DNA of 64,000 nt from Nitrospirota bacterium (GCA_963741205.1 CAVUHW010000031.1:64001-128000); one strand, 5' to 3'; positions 20,739 through 33,278 are shown, counted from the stretch's first letter. Numbers and translations are program-made. Notes: a model not told the origin generated them from the letters alone.

Positions 20739-21302
20739 GTGATCAGAACAGTTACGAAGATCCTCGCGGTGCTCTTCATCGCAGGCGCATGCATCTACGG
20801 CGGTTATCTGCTTGTTCGGGGGAGCGGAAATGCCCATTCCTGCTCTGCTTCCTCCGGCCCCGGGTCCCCGTCTCATCATGAGCATGGAAAAGTTTACGTT
20901 TGCGCAGTCGGATAAAGCGGGGTCTGCGTGGGTTGTAAACGCCAGAACATGCCGATCTCTACGAAAACAAGGAAGCTCAGCTGAAAGAGGTCCGGATCGT
21001 TTTCAAGAATCCCGATAAGAAAGAGGCGACAATGATCGGCGACCTGGGGACCATGGACACGGGAGCGGCAACGCCTCCCTGCGCCGCAGTACACGAGGAA
21101 GTCAGGATCGTGACGAGCGACGGTTATCTTTTGACCACGAATTCGTTATTTCTGGAAGGCCGGCGAACGGCAGGTCTGGACAACGGATCCGTTCAAGCTG
21201 TTGGGCAGCGAGATCTATCTCGAGGGGGTCGGCATCACGGCTGATGTCGACATGCGCACGATCGTGGTGAAGAACAATGTTAAGGCGGTACTTCAGGAAT
21301 AG
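20739..21302 (+). CDS. lptC: LPS export protein LptC; several frameshifts
   Basis: TM anchor, then beta-rich segments (TSDGYLLTTNSLFW, GVGITADV); position before lptA/lptB. Confidence 0.75.
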
Positions 21303-21796
21303 CCTGCTCATCATCGCGTCTGTCCTCGGCTCACGGCGGAGCCCGTCCTTTGCCGCACAGCGCGGAGAAAAAAGAAGTGGCGGAACCGATCGTGATCACC
21401 TCCGACCGCATGGAGGCTGAAAAACTCGGCGATAAGGTGACCTTCACCGGGAAAGTGACACTCAAAAAAGAAGGGATGACGCTGATCGTCGGACTCGATG
21501 ACTGTTTTTTATGATCCCGGTTCGAAGAACATCCGGGAGGTCGAGGCCCACGGGAAACGTCGTGGTCCGCAAGGAAGGCAGGGTCGCGCTGGCTAATAAG
21601 GCAATCCTACTCTCTGCCGTGAAGAAAAAATCGTACTGACCGGAGACGCCCGCATCATCGAGAACGAAAACCAGACTCGGCGGCGAAAAAATAATCCTGT
21701 TCCTGCGCGACGACCGCAGCATCGTCGAAGGCGGAAAGGTCTTGCTCTATCAGCAGCAGATAGACAAAGCGAACGGAGACAAAACCGCAGAAGTAA
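21277..21796 (+). CDS. lptA: LPS transport periplasmic protein LptA; several frameshifts
   Basis: [39 protein letters not shown] across frames. Confidence 0.78.
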
Positions 21797-21810
21797 TCGA
21801 AAAGGAATAC

Positions 21811-22534
21811 ATGCAGGCGCTTGAAGCGAAAAAGCTGGAGAAGAGCTACCGCGGCAGAAAGATCGTTCGCGGCGTCAGCTTGCAGGTCATGAATGGAGAA
21901 GTTGTCGGTCTCCTCGGTCCGAACGGGGCCGGTAAAACCACGACGTTCTACATGGTCGTCGGGCTGGTGAGGCCCGATCAGGGGAGGGTGCTCCTCGAAA
22001 GCACGGATATCACGAAGATGCCGATGTATCAGCGGGCGAAAAACGGCATCGGATACCTGCCCCAGGAACCGTCGGTCTTTAGAAAACTGACCGTAGCGGA
22101 GAACCTGATGGCCATTCTGGAGACCATGAATCTTTCATCGATCGAGCGGAAAGAACGCCGGGACAATTTGCTGGAAGAGCTGGGCATCGCGCATCTCGCC
22201 GACAGCAGGGCCTATACACTGTCGGGAGGAGAACGCCGACGGGTCGAGATCGCCCGGGCGCTCACCCTCTCCCCGAAATTCATCCTCCTCGACGAGCCCT
22301 TTGCCGGGATCGACCCCCTCGCAGTGCAGGACATCCAGGGGATCATATCGTTTCTCAAGAGCAAGGGGATCGGCATCCTGATCACCGACCACAATGTGCG
22401 GGAGACCCTCGCCATCACCGATCAGGGCCTATATTATCAGCGAAGGGGAGATCATCGAAGCGGGGACTTCAGCGGAAATCACCGCCAACCCGCGGGTCCG
22501 GCAATTTTACCTGGGTGAGGCGTTTCGGTTATAA
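21811..22534 (+). CDS. lptB: LPS export ABC ATPase LptB; frameshift near 22425
   Basis: [51 protein letters not shown]. Confidence 0.95.
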
Positions 22535-22623
22535 TTATCGTAAGAGCAGGAGAGATCGAAGACAGGAGACGAGTCGGAAGAGCGAAGGAAGCGTTCGTAT
22601 TCCCCGTCTCTGCATTGAGGACT

Positions 22624-24095
22624 ATGGAAGCGCGGCTTGAATTAAAACTTTCCCAGAAACTCATTATGACGCCGCAACTGCAGCAGGCGATCAAGCTGCT
22701 GCAGTTGTCGAGGCTTGAGCTGGTCCAGTCGGTCTCCCAGGAACTGGTTGAAAATCCGGTCCTCGAGGAACTGTCCGACGCCAGAGGCATCCGAGACATC
22801 CCCGGAGGGAGAGGACGCTCCCCTTCCGAGACCGCCCCTCAGGCGGATTCTGTTGCCGAGGCGCCGCCCGAGCAGGGTGACGCAGGAACTTAAGAGCGAT
22901 CTCGAACTCGGGCCCCAGTGGGACGAGTATTTGAACGAACTGGGAGACGGACGGGATTTCGGCTATGCGGAAGCGGATGATAAGGAGCTCCCGTCCTATG
23001 ACCAGACCCTGACACGGCTTCCGTCGCTCGCCGACCACCTGCTGTGGCAACTCCACCTGACGTCATCGGATTCCGACCTCGTGAAGGGCGGAGAGTGGAT
23101 CGTCGGCAACCTGGATGATGACGGCTATCTTCGCGCCTCGCTCGACGAGATCGCGCAGCAATCAGGAATCGGCGTCGCCGGTCATGGCCCAGGCGCTCGA
23201 ACTTATTCAGGGCTTCGACCCGATGGGGGTCGGAGCGCGCGACCTTCGCGAGTGCCTGCTTATCCAAGTGGGGCAGCTTGATATGCACGGCACGCTTGTC
23301 GAAAAGATCGTCAGGGACCATCTTCCCGACCTGGAAAAGAGAAAATATGCCAGTGTAGCAAAGGCCCTGAACGTTACTACTCAGGAGGTCATGGAGGCGT
23401 CGCAGATCATCATCCATGAGCTGGAACCCAAGCCGGGAAGACCGTACCTCTCCTCCGACACGAACTACGTTGTCCCCGACGTCTACGTCATGAAGATCGA
23501 GGACCGTTATATCATTCAGCTCAACGACGAGGGGCTTCCGCGGGTGCGCATCAACCCCTATTACCGGAAACTGCTGAGCAGCAAGGACAGCATCGATAAA
23601 GTCACGAAGGAATACGTCGAGGAGCGGCTCCGTTCGGCGCAGTGGCTCATCAAGGGGATGGAGCAGCGCAATAAGACGATCTACAAGGTCGCCGAGAGCA
23701 TCGTGAAGTTTCAGCGCGACTTTCTGGACCAGGGAATCACCCATCTGAAGCCGATGGTTCTTAAGGACGTGGCCGAGGACATTAGCATGCACGAGTCGAC
23801 GATCAGCCGCGTGACGACGAACAAGTACATGCACACGCCCCAGGGCATTTTCCCGATGAAATATTTTTTTACCACGGGTTTTTCGGTCGGGACGGGGGCC
23901 GAGATCTCTTCGCTGACCGTCAAGGACTCCATTCAAAAGATGATCAAGGAAGAGGACCTGTCGGCCCCCCTCAAGGACCAGCAGATTGTCGACACCCTCA
24001 AAGCGCGGGGAATCGATATAGCCCGGCGGACCGTGGCAAAATACCGCGAGGAGCTCAGGATTCCGCCGACGAGCGTGAGAAAAAGAACAGGGTAG
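22624..24095 (+). CDS. rpoN: RNA polymerase sigma-54 factor; frameshifts
   Basis: [21 protein letters not shown], RpoN box [10 protein letters not shown]. Confidence 0.96.
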
Positions 24096-24129
24096 ACAAC
24101 AGTCAATCGCCAAGACACACCCTTTTCAT

Positions 24130-24192
24130 TGTTGCGGGTTACGGGTTGCGGGTTAAATTCGTATCGCGCAAGACGCACTTTGCAACCCGATG
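24130..24192. repeat. Heptamer-periodic inverted array (GTTGCGG ... GCAACCC)
   Basis: gttgcgggttacgggttgcgggtt ... cgcaagacgcactttgcaacccg. Confidence 0.55.
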
Positions 24193-24236
24193 TTCGCTTG
24201 TGGATTCGGAGATTTCTTACATCTAAGGAGGTCGTC

Positions 24237-24770
24237 ATGCAGGTCAACGTGATTGGCAGGAATATCGAGGTGACGGACGCGCTCAAGCAGTACGCCACGG
24301 AAAAATTCAGCAGGCTGGACAAGTATCTTCCGAAGGTCGTACATGCGGTCATTACGCTTGCGGTGGTAAAAAAAGTCCATCATATCGCCGAGGCGGTGAT
24401 CAAGTCGAACGGCGTTCTGATCCAGGCGTCGGAAGAAACCGGGGAGATGTATTCGGCCATCGATCTGCTCATCGAAAAGATTGAACGACGCGTCAGAAGG
24501 TACAAGGAAAAGCTGGTCGACCATAAACACCATGCCGTCAGGCCGGAGTCTCCCGCGGGAGCTCAAACGTCCCCCCCCGAAGAGCGCATCCCCCAGATCA
24601 TCAAGACCAAGCGGTTCGATCTCAAACCCATGCAGCCCGAAGAAGCCGTCATGCAGATGGAGCTTTTGGACAAGGACTTTTTCATTTTTTCCAACATCGG
24701 CAGCGGTCAGATCAATGTCATTTACAAGAGAAGAGACGGCAATGTCGGGCTCATAGAACCCGCCCGGTAA
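24237..24770 (+). CDS. hpf: Ribosome hibernation promoting factor (long HPF)
   Basis: GRNIEVTDAL, MYSAID, C-terminal KPMQPEEAVMQM...YKRRDGNVGLIEP. Confidence 0.94.
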   Translation: MQVNVIGRNIEVTDALKQYATEKFSRLDKYLPKVVHAVITLAVVKKVHHIAEAVIKSNGVLIQASEETGEMYSAIDLLIEKIERRVRRYKEKLVDHKHHAVRPESPAGAQTSPPEERIPQIIKTKRFDLKPMQPEEAVMQMELLDKDFFIFSNIGSGQINVIYKRRDGNVGLIEPAR

Positions 24771-24786
24771 GGATGGACCTTTCGAG

Positions 24787-25279
24787 ATGGTCACGATTAG
24801 AGACCTGCTGCAGGACGACCTGATCATCGAGGAAATTGAGTCAACGGACAAGACGGGGGTGCTCCGCGAGTTCGCCCGGCTTTTGAAAGAACGGGGCCGG
24901 GTCGTAAATGAGGAGGAACTTCTGCGGGTCCTGACCGAGCGGGAAATGCTCGGCAGCACCGGAATCGGCGACGGCGTCGCAATCCCGCACGGCAAATTGA
25001 ACAGCATCCCCGAGATGATCGTCGCATTCGGCAGATCTCGAAGAGGAGTCGAGTATCAATCACTTGATGCGAAGCCGGTTTTTCTTTTTTTTCTGCTCGT
25101 GACGCCCGCTGACAAGCCCGGCGACCATCTGAAGACCCTGGCGCGCATTTCCCGGATATTGAAAAATCCCGGTCTGCGGGCGGACCTGAAGCAGGCTTCT
25201 CATCGACAGGATATCCAGAGGCTCATATATCGAAGAAGACAGCAAATATCCCCAGCCTCAGCCGCTGGCTCAAAAATGA
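24787..25279 (+). CDS. ptsN: PTS EIIA (Ntr/fructose type); frameshift near 25228
   Basis: REMLGSTGIGDGVAIPHGK, HLKTLARISR. Confidence 0.92.
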
Positions 25280-26164
25280 AGGTTACGGTCAAGGAACTGA
25301 CGGCGTTCGCGAAAGTGCTTGCGGGCCGTCAAGGCCTGGGAAGGCGGATCGCGTCGGCGCAGGTCGTCGCTCCTGAGCTGAACGCGCTTGCCGCATGGAC
25401 CGGGCCCGGCGTCGTGCAGTGTTGCATATTCGTCCGGGGCAAATCGCCTTATCTGTGCTCGCTTCCTCCCGAGGACCTAGGCGCGCCGTGCGCGGCCTGA
25501 TGCGTCAAAAGCCGGCCTGTATCGTGGTCAGCGGAGGGACCGTTTGCAAGGAACTTCTCGACGGGGCGGAGTCTTCCGGAATTCCCGTCCTGAAGACGCG
25601 GGAACGTGCCTCGACTGACCCGGCTGCTGACGACGCGGCTGGCCTCCCAAATCAGCGTGCACGGCGTGCTGGTCCAGATATTCGGCCTCGGCACCCTCAT
25701 CATCGGCGAGAGCGCCGTCGGCAAGAGCGAGGCGGCCCTCGATCTCGTTCTTCGCGGTCATAAGCTGACCGCGGATGATATGGTCGTCCTCGAGAAGAAC
25801 GACGATGAAATCAACGGCAAAGCCGACCGAACTGGGAGAGAACCTGCTGCAGATCCGTGGGCTGGGGATCATCGACGTCCGGGCGCTCTACGGAGAATCG
25901 GCGACGGTGAATTCCTCCCGGGTCGGCCTCGTCGTCGAGCTGGAGGAATGGCAGAAAGGCCATCACTACAGTCTGGTCGGTCTGCGCGAACGGCGGTATC
26001 GTCTCCTCGGCGTCAATCTGCCTTATCTGAAATTGCCGGTCAAACCTGGCAGGAACATGGCCACGCTCATTGAAGTCGCGGCGAGGAACCAGATTCTGAA
26101 GAACCGGGGCGTCTACACGGCGCGGGAGCTGGACAAGCGGCTCCGGAAGAGACTTGCGGGATGA
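25276..26164 (+). CDS. hprK: HPr kinase/phosphorylase; frameshifts
   Basis: VHGVLV, GESAVGKSE, ADD, IRGLGII, PVKPGRN, IEVAARN. Confidence 0.92.
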
Positions 26165-26227
26165 ATCCCCGCTGCTATCATGCGGGGACAGGCTTTGGTG
26201 AGGAGCTTTGGAGAAAGGCATTGTTAG

Positions 26228-27092
26228 GTGAATCGGGCGCGCATCATCGTGGTGACGGGGCTTTCCGGATCCGGCAGGAGCGCCGCGCTGAAGGATTTCG
26301 AGGACATCGGGTATTACTGCGTCGATAACCTCCCCCTTGCGCTTCTTCCCGCCTTCCTTGAGTTTGCGGAGCGAACGGAAGAGGCGCTCGCGCTCGGCGA
26401 TCGGAATCGACATCAGGGAAAAGGGATTCACCGACCGCTTCCCCGCGCTGTACGGCGAGCTCAAGGCCCGCGGCTTCGGCATCGAACTCATTTTTCTGGA
26501 CTCCTCCGACCAGGCACTTGTGCGGCGGTTCAGTGAAACACGGAGGCCGCATCCGCTGGCACGGGGCGCGACCCCGCTGCTCGACGGCATCCGGAGAGAA
26601 CGGGAAGCCCTCGGCGAGGTCAAGAAGCTCGCCGACCGGATCATCGATACAACGGATTATACGGTCCATGATCTGCGCCAGGTCATCGAGCGCCACTATG
26701 CCGAGACAGACGCGGGCAGGCCCATGGTGATAACACTCGTCACCTTCGGTTACAAGTTCGGCATTCCCTACGACCTGGACCTGCTTTTCGATCTGCGCTT
26801 TCTGCCGAACCCTCATTTTGTCCCGGACCTACGCCCTCTGACAGGCGAAGACGCCAGGATCAGGGAATACATCATGGCCGGGCCCGATGCCGCTGAGTTT
26901 CTCGCCCGCCTCCTGGGGTTTCTCGACTATCTCCTGCCGCGGTACCGGCGCGAGGGGAAGAGTTACCTGACCGTCGGCTTCGGTTGCACGGGCGGGAGGC
27001 ACCGCTCGGTGGCCCTCGCCCTCCTGATCGCGGAACAACTCCGGGAAAAGGGATATGACGTGAACGTGAAACATCGGGACATCGGGGAATAA
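26228..27092 (+). CDS. rapZ: RNase adapter RapZ/YvcJ P-loop protein; frameshift near 26395
   Basis: [42 protein letters not shown]. Confidence 0.94.
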
Positions 27093-27097
27093 AGAAA

Positions 27098-27180
27098 TTT
27101 TGGATTGCGGATTGAAAACCGTGGGGCGAACCAGATTTCAAATCCGCAATCGGCAATTCGAAATCCGCAATCCGAAATCA
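27098..27180. repeat. Heptamer-periodic inverted array (GATTGCG ... AATCCGC)
   Basis: ttttggattgcggattg ... caaatccgcaatcggcaattcgaaatccgcaatccgaaatc. Confidence 0.65.
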
Positions 27181-27196
27181 AAAAGGAGATTCATGC

Positions 27197-27598
27197 ATGA
27201 TCGGACTCGTGGTGGTGTGTCATGAGGATATGGGCGCCGAACTGGTGAAGGCCGCGGAGATGATCGTCGGCAAGATCGAAGCCGTGGCGACGGTGAGCGT
27301 CAAGCAGGAGAGCGCGCCGGAAACTCTCAGGGACGAGATACAGTCCGCCATAAAAAAAGTCGACCGGAAAAAAGGCATCATGCTGTTGACGGACATGTTC
27401 GGCGGAACGCCGTCCAACATCGCCCTCGCCTTTCTCGGGGAGACCACGGAAGTGGTCACGGGCGTCAACCTGTCGATGCTCATCAAATTCGCGAATCACC
27501 GGGACGAGAAGCAACTGCCCGAACTGGCCAAACTCGTGCAGGAAGCGGCGCAGAAAAGCATCGTGATCGCCAGTCAGATACTGAAGGGGAAAAAATAA
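27197..27598 (+). CDS. PTS mannose-class EIIA
   Basis: MIGLVVVCHE, TDMFGGTPSN, TGVNLSML. Confidence 0.92.
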   Translation: MIGLVVVCHEDMGAELVKAAEMIVGKIEAVATVSVKQESAPETLRDEIQSAIKKVDRKKGIMLLTDMFGGTPSNIALAFLGETTEVVTGVNLSMLIKFANHRDEKQLPELAKLVQEAAQKSIVIASQILKGKK

Positions 27599-27605
27599 GA
27601 GCAGC

Positions 27606-28098
27606 ATGATCGTCCTTATCCGGATAGACGACCGCCTGATCCATGGTCAGCTCGTGGAAGGGCTGGGTGAATTATTTAAAGGCGAACTGCGTCCTGGTCG
27701 CCAATGACGCCGTCGCGTCGAACACCCTTCAGCGCTCCATCATGGAAATGTCGGCGCCGCAGGGGTTGAAGGTATTCATCGGCACCGTCGAGGAGGTCTG
27801 CGGCCGGTCTCGCGCGGCGGGTCAGGATGCCGAGCACGCCATCGTGGTATTTTCGAACCCTGTTGACGTCCTCCGCGCCCTGGATGCCGGGATGGAATGC
27901 CGGACTCTGAATATCGGCGGGATGCACTACGTGCCGGGAAAACGCAAGCTTATGGATGTCCTCGCAGTGAACGACGCGGACCTAGAAGCCCTGAGGGCGA
28001 TCTCGGACAGGGGAGTGAAGATCGATATCCAGGCCGTGCCGACACAACGGCCGATGCCGCTGGAAAAGATCCTGGAAGCCTGTGAGCTAAAAAAATAG
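27606..28098 (+). CDS. PTS mannose-class EIIB; frameshift near 27660
   Basis: RIDDRLIHGQ, LNIGGMH, QAVP. Confidence 0.92.
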
Positions 28099-28099
28099 C

Positions 28100-28200
28100 A
28101 GTTTGAAGTTCAAAGTTCAGAGTTAAAAGTTGAAACGTAAAGATGTACGTGAACTAAGTTCTCAGCACGCTGAACTCGGAACTTCGAAACTCTCAACTGA
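28100..28200. repeat. Heptamer-periodic inverted array (AGTTCAA ... AACTCGG)
   Basis: agtttgaagttcaaagttcagagttaaaagttgaa ... gaactcggaacttcgaaactctcaact. Confidence 0.65.
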
Positions 28201-28212
28201 CGTTGGTTTTCT

Positions 28213-28992
28213 ATGCCCGTTTTCGACACACATATGCTCCTTGCCGTCCTCGGCGTCGCCGTGATAGGCGGGATCATCGGACTCGACCGGACCGCCGCCG
28301 GACAGTTCATGATCTCTCAGCCCATTGTCGCGGCCCCTTTCACGGGGTGGGTCCTCGGGGACACGACCGCCGGGATGGTCATCGGAGCGGCGCTTGAATT
28401 GATCTGGGTGCTCGACATCCCCGTAGGCTCGTTTGTACCGGCGGACTCGACGATCGGCGCCATATCGGCCACGGCGGCCGCGGCCCTCGGAAGCCCCGGG
28501 GGCGCGCCGCTGCCGGTCATCGGTTTCAGCCTTCTTCTGACGACCGCGATGGTGCCGGTCACCATGAAGGCGGAAGATCTGGTCCGGTCATGGAACTCCG
28601 CCCTTTCCGACCGGGTTCTGGCCGTTCCGGGAGAGAGCAGGGGGCGGGCCCTGACCCGGGCACAGTCTGCCGGCCTTGCGTTTTTTTTTCTGAAATCGTT
28701 TGCGCTCTATGTTATTTTCATCCCGCTGGGGGTGGGGGCCCTCGTGATTTTCGGACATGTCCCCGACGCCATCCAGAGGGCGCTGTCCCTGTTCGTCAAA
28801 CTGCTCCCCGTGCTCGGGGTGGCGCTGGTCGTGCGCAAGCTGTCGGTGAAGGCCTTCGATCGGTTTTTTTTCATCGGCTTTGCGGCCGCCGCAATCTTCG
28901 GACTGGTAAACCGCCTGCCGGCGCTCACCGTGCTGATGCTCGTTGCGACCGCGGGGTGGCTGGGTGCGAGATACCATGAACGACAGCCGTAA
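28213..28992 (+). CDS. PTS mannose-class EIIC
   Basis: LDRTAAGQFMISQPIV, GAALELIW, PVGSFVPAD; multiple TM helices. Confidence 0.88.
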   Translation: MPVFDTHMLLAVLGVAVIGGIIGLDRTAAGQFMISQPIVAAPFTGWVLGDTTAGMVIGAALELIWVLDIPVGSFVPADSTIGAISATAAAALGSPGGAPLPVIGFSLLLTTAMVPVTMKAEDLVRSWNSALSDRVLAVPGESRGRALTRAQSAGLAFFFLKSFALYVIFIPLGVGALVIFGHVPDAIQRALSLFVKLLPVLGVALVVRKLSVKAFDRFFFIGFAAAAIFGLVNRLPALTVLMLVATAGWLGARYHERQP

Positions 28993-29756
28993 GATCATAG
29001 GAATTTTCGACCTGTTCGCCGTCTTCCGGCGGGCCTTGCTGATCCAGGCGTCGTGGAGTTTCGACAAGATGCAGACCCTCGGGTTTGCCTACGCCATGGA
29101 ACCGGCGCTTAGGAAACTCTATCCGGAGCAGGCCGAATATGAAGAGCGCCTGAAGGCGCACCTTGAATATTTCAACACACAGCCGTATTTCGCCTCGTTC
29201 ATCATCGGCGCGTCAGTGCGGCTGGAAGAGGAGCGGGCAACGGGCAGGAACACCGCGCCGGACGTGTCCGGTCTCAAGGCGGCGCTCATGGCGCCGCTCG
29301 GCGCCCTCGGTGACAGCTTATTCTGGGGGGCGCTCAAGCCGCTGGCGGCGGCGACGGCGGCGGCCGCGCTCATGACCGGGTCCTGGTGGGCGCCGTTCCT
29401 CTTCCTTGCGATCTTCAACCTCTGGCATCTCAGGCCTCAGGATGGGGATGCTGTTCTGGGGCTATGCAAGCGGTGGGGACGCCGTTGCGCTCATGGGGAA
29501 ATACCACTTTACGAAAATGGCGAAGCGTTTTAAACTGATGTCGTTGTGCATCCTCGGCGGCATTCTCGGCATGATGCCCTTCTGGCGGCCGGAGTTCAAA
29601 CCCTCGTTTCGCGCCCCCGGTTTTGTGATGTCGCTGTCGGCGATGGTTCTCACGCTCGGTTTGATCGCAATCATGAGGAGAAGCGGGTCGCCGGTTAAAC
29701 TCATGCTGGCGTTGGCCGCCCTCTGTATCGCCCTCGCGTATGCGGGCGTGGTGTAA
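28976..29756 (+). CDS. PTS mannose-class EIID; frameshift near 29430
   Basis: QASWSFDKMQTLG, HLEYFNTQP, LMAPLGALGDSLFWG. Confidence 0.9.
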
Positions 29757-29796
29757 TGCATCGTCCCTGATCCGGTTTTGAGAAAGGCGTTTTCAG

Positions 29797-30067
29797 ATGA
29801 AGGAAAAAGATCTCGTAATCGAAAACAAGCTCGGCCTCCATGCGCGGGCGGCGGCGCAGATCGTGAGGACCGCCAGCGCGTATACTTCCAAGCGTCATTC
29901 TCGCGAAGGACGGCATGGAAGTCGACGGCAAGAGCATCATGGGAATCATGATGCTTGCGGCGGCAAAGGGGAGCAGCGTCACCGTCCAGGCGCAGGGGGA
30001 CGATGAAGGACAGGCGCTCGCGGGGCTCGAACAACTCTTCAAGGACAAGTTCGGGGAAAAGGAATAG
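29797..30067 (+). CDS. ptsH: Phosphocarrier HPr; frameshift near 29892
   Basis: NKLGLHARAAA (His15) and DGKSIMGIMML (Ser46). Confidence 0.94.
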
Positions 30068-30119
30068 TTCAGAGTACAAGGAACGGAGTAAGGAGTTAGG
30101 GGTTAATCGGGAAATAATT

Positions 30120-31876
30120 ATGCACGAGAAAATCTACAGGGGAATCGTCGCGTCGCCGGGCATCGTGATCGGAAGGGCGTATCTTCTCGACCGGCGCAAG
30201 GTGGTCGTCGCGGGCAAGCGGATCGAGGACGTCAGCGTCAAGGACGAGGTCGCCCGGTTTAAAAAGGCGGTGGAGGTTTCCAAGGTCCAGCTTGAGGACC
30301 TGAAGAAGCGGATCAGCAAGGGCCTCGGAAAGTCCCACCTCTATATCCTCGAGACGCACATCATGCTGCTCGAAGACAAGATGCTCGTCGACGGCACGAT
30401 CAAGCGGATCAAGGAATCGCTCCTGAACGCCGAGGGCGCGCTCAAGGAAACCATTGCCGCGATCGAGACTCAAGTTCGACAGCATCGAGGATGAATACCT
30501 CCGCGATCGAAAGCAAGATGTGGAACAGGTGGGCGAGCGCGTGCTCCGGAACCTGGTCGGCCACAAACAGGAGAGCCTGGCGGACATCAAGGAAGAGGCC
30601 ATCATCATTGCGCACGACCTGGCCCCCACCGACACCCTGATGATGCGGAAGGACAAGATCCTCGGGTTTGCCACCGACGCCGGCAGCCGGACCTCCCATA
30701 CGGCCATCCTGGCGCGCTCGCTCGGACTCCCCGCCGCGGTGGGTCTCGAAAATATCACGGCGTCCGTCAAGACCGGCGATGTCGTGATCCTGGACGGCAT
30801 CCACGGAGTGGTGATCGTCGATCCCGACGAGGAGACGTTCCTCGACTATCTCAAGAAGCAGCGAAAGTACAAGTATTTCGAACAGGAGCTCGAAAAGCTT
30901 AAGACGCTTCCGGCCGAGACCCTGGACGGCCACGTCGTGTATCTGCAGGGAAACATCGAGCTGCCTGAGGAAGCGACTTCCGCGATGGAGCACGGCGGGA
31001 CCGGTATCGGCCTCTACCGCACGGAGTTCCTGTTCCTGAACCGGCAGACCCTGCCCACGGAGGAGGAGCACTACAGGGCCTATCGACATGTGGCGGAGCG
31101 GGCGGCGCCGCACGAAGTGGTCATCCGGACCCTGGACGTGGGAGGGGACAAGATCGACACAGCCGTAGGGTTCGAGAAAGAGGCCAACCCCGCGCTTGGA
31201 CTGCGGGCGATCAGGTTCTGTCTACGAAAGAGGGATATTTTCCGCACCCAGCTTCGCGGCATCCTCAGGGCCTCGGTCCACGGCAACATCAAAATCCTGA
31301 TCCCGATGATCTCCGGGCTGACGGAACTGTACGAGACGAAGAAGATCCTCGAAGAGGTGAAGGTCGAACTCCGTGCCGAGGGCCTTCCTTTCAACGAGGC
31401 CGCGCCGGTCGGCGTGATGATCGAGATCCCGTCGGCGGCCTTGATAGCCGACCTGCTCGCCCGGGAAGTCGATTTCTTCAGCGTCGGGACCAACGATCTC
31501 ATCCAGTACACGCTCGCCATCGACCGGCTGAACGAACATGTCGCGTACATGTACGAACCGCTCGATCCCGCGGTGCTGCGCCTGCTCCAGCGCGTCTCCG
31601 AAGCGGCCCACCACGAGCAAGATCCCGCTTGCCATGTGCGGCGAGATGGCCGGAGACCCGCTCTATGCGGCGATTCTCCTGGGCATGGGGTTCCAGTACC
31701 TCAGCATGAACGTGGCATCGATCCCCTGGATCAAAAAAGTCGTCCGGTCGGTCCGGATGCAGGACGCAGTCGAGCTGGCTTCGCTCGTCATGCTGCAGCC
31801 GACGGCCGCGCTGGCCAGGAAAACTGCCGAGAATTTCATGGAAGAACGGTTCCCGGACCTGATGGCGGAGATGTGA
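30120..31876 (+). CDS. ptsI: PEP-protein phosphotransferase (enzyme I), no N-terminal GAF; frameshifts
   Basis: [59 protein letters not shown]. Confidence 0.95.
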
Positions 31877-32096
31877 AACAAGTTGGGTAACTGAACGGAC
31901 AGGTTACGGAACCACGGAGTCTCGCGCGGACGCGAGACACACAGAGGGAGGCTGATGCGGAACGGGCTTTCCCCCTCCGGAGAACCCATTCAGGATTTAG
32001 TTTTTACCGTGTGCGCAGAATGCGCCCGTGGTTGTATAGTCTTGTTTGACCGCGGTTGGAGACCGCTTTACAGAAAAGGAGTGCAGCGTGCAGAAC

Positions 32097-33278
32097 ATGG
32101 AAACACAGACGGGGGAGTGCGCACCGGGCGCCGAAGAAGCGCCGCGCGAAGCCAGGGTCCACGGCGGAAATATCTACCAGGCGGCAAAGCAGCTACGACC
32201 TGAAGGCGGGAAGGATCATCGATTTCAGCTCGAACGTAAACCCCCTTGGGCCCTCATCCCTGGCAAAGCGGGCAGCCAAGAAAGGCGATTTCCGTCATTG
32301 ACCGCTATCCGGACCCGGAGACGGGAGAACTCCGGAGGGCCATCGCGCGCTATTTCGGCATCAAGGGATCGCAGGTCGCCTGCGGAAACGGCTCGAACGG
32401 CCTGATCCATCTTATCCCGCGGGTATTCAGGCCCCGGAAAGTCCTGGTCCCGGTCCCGACATTCACGGAATACGCCGCGGCGGCGGAGGATGCCGGCGCG
32501 GAGGTCGTGACCGTTTCGCTCAAGGAGCGCGACGGATTTCGCATGGACCCCGTGGAAATTTCTTTCGCCCTCAAGGGTGTGGACATGGCGTTTCTGTGCA
32601 ACCCGAACAATCCCACCGGCCAGGTCCATTTCGAAGAACGAGATGCTCGAACTCATGAACTATGCGCTTCAGAACGGAGTGACCCTGGTCGTGGACGAGG
32701 CGTTCATGGATTTCATGGAGTCCGAATCGATCCTCAAGGAGGCCGTCCAGGCGACGAACATCATCTGCCTCCGGGCGTTCACCAAGTTTTTCGGCATGCC
32801 GGGGCTGCGCGTCGGGTACGCCGTGTCCGACGAGGCGACCATCGCCGCCCTGCGGCAGGGGCCAGGAACCCTGGACCGTGAGCATACCCGCGGAGCAGGC
32901 CGCGATCGCCGCGCTGACGGACTGGGGGCACAGCCAAGAAGACGCGCCGACTCATCGAGAAGGAGCGAGACCGGCTGCTCGAAGAACTCCGTCTGCTGCC
33001 CGGCGTTGAGACATTTCCGGGCGCCGCGAACTTCATCCTCATCAAATTCGCCAAGGCAGACACGCATCAGATCAGGGAGAAACTCGGCTGTCCGCGGCAT
33101 ACTCGTGCGCGACTGCTCTACCTTTCCCGGCCTCGACAGCCGGTATATCAGGATCGCGGTCAGGACCAGGCGCGAGAACAGCCGGCTCATCAGGGCGCTC
33201 AGGAAATTGCTGATTCCGAAGTCCAAGGGAATCACCTGGCCGTGGAAAAAACAGAAACCCGCGGAACCCGCCGGTTAG
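32097..33278 (+). CDS. cobD: L-threonine-O-3-phosphate decarboxylase CobD-like PLP enzyme; several frameshifts
   Basis: HGGN, DFSSNVNPLG, CNPNNPTG, VDEAFMDF, TKFFGMPGLRVGY, VRDCSTFPGL. Confidence 0.85.

Noticed and set aside
21742-22518. Apparent LptA-LptB in-frame fusion
   Set aside because: A one-base shift restores an LptA stop at 21794-21796, and lptB has its own RBS and ATG; a periplasmic-cytoplasmic fusion is topologically implausible
24787-25500. Apparent PtsN-HprK fusion
   Set aside because: A frameshift near 25228 explains it; the corrected genes overlap at ATGA (25276-25279)
25700-26290. Variant P-loops in HprK (GESAVGKS) and RapZ (GLSGSGRS) as signs of inactivation
   Set aside because: HprK still fits GxxxxGKS, and I recall Arg-for-Lys variants in RapZ-family proteins; no other sign of decay
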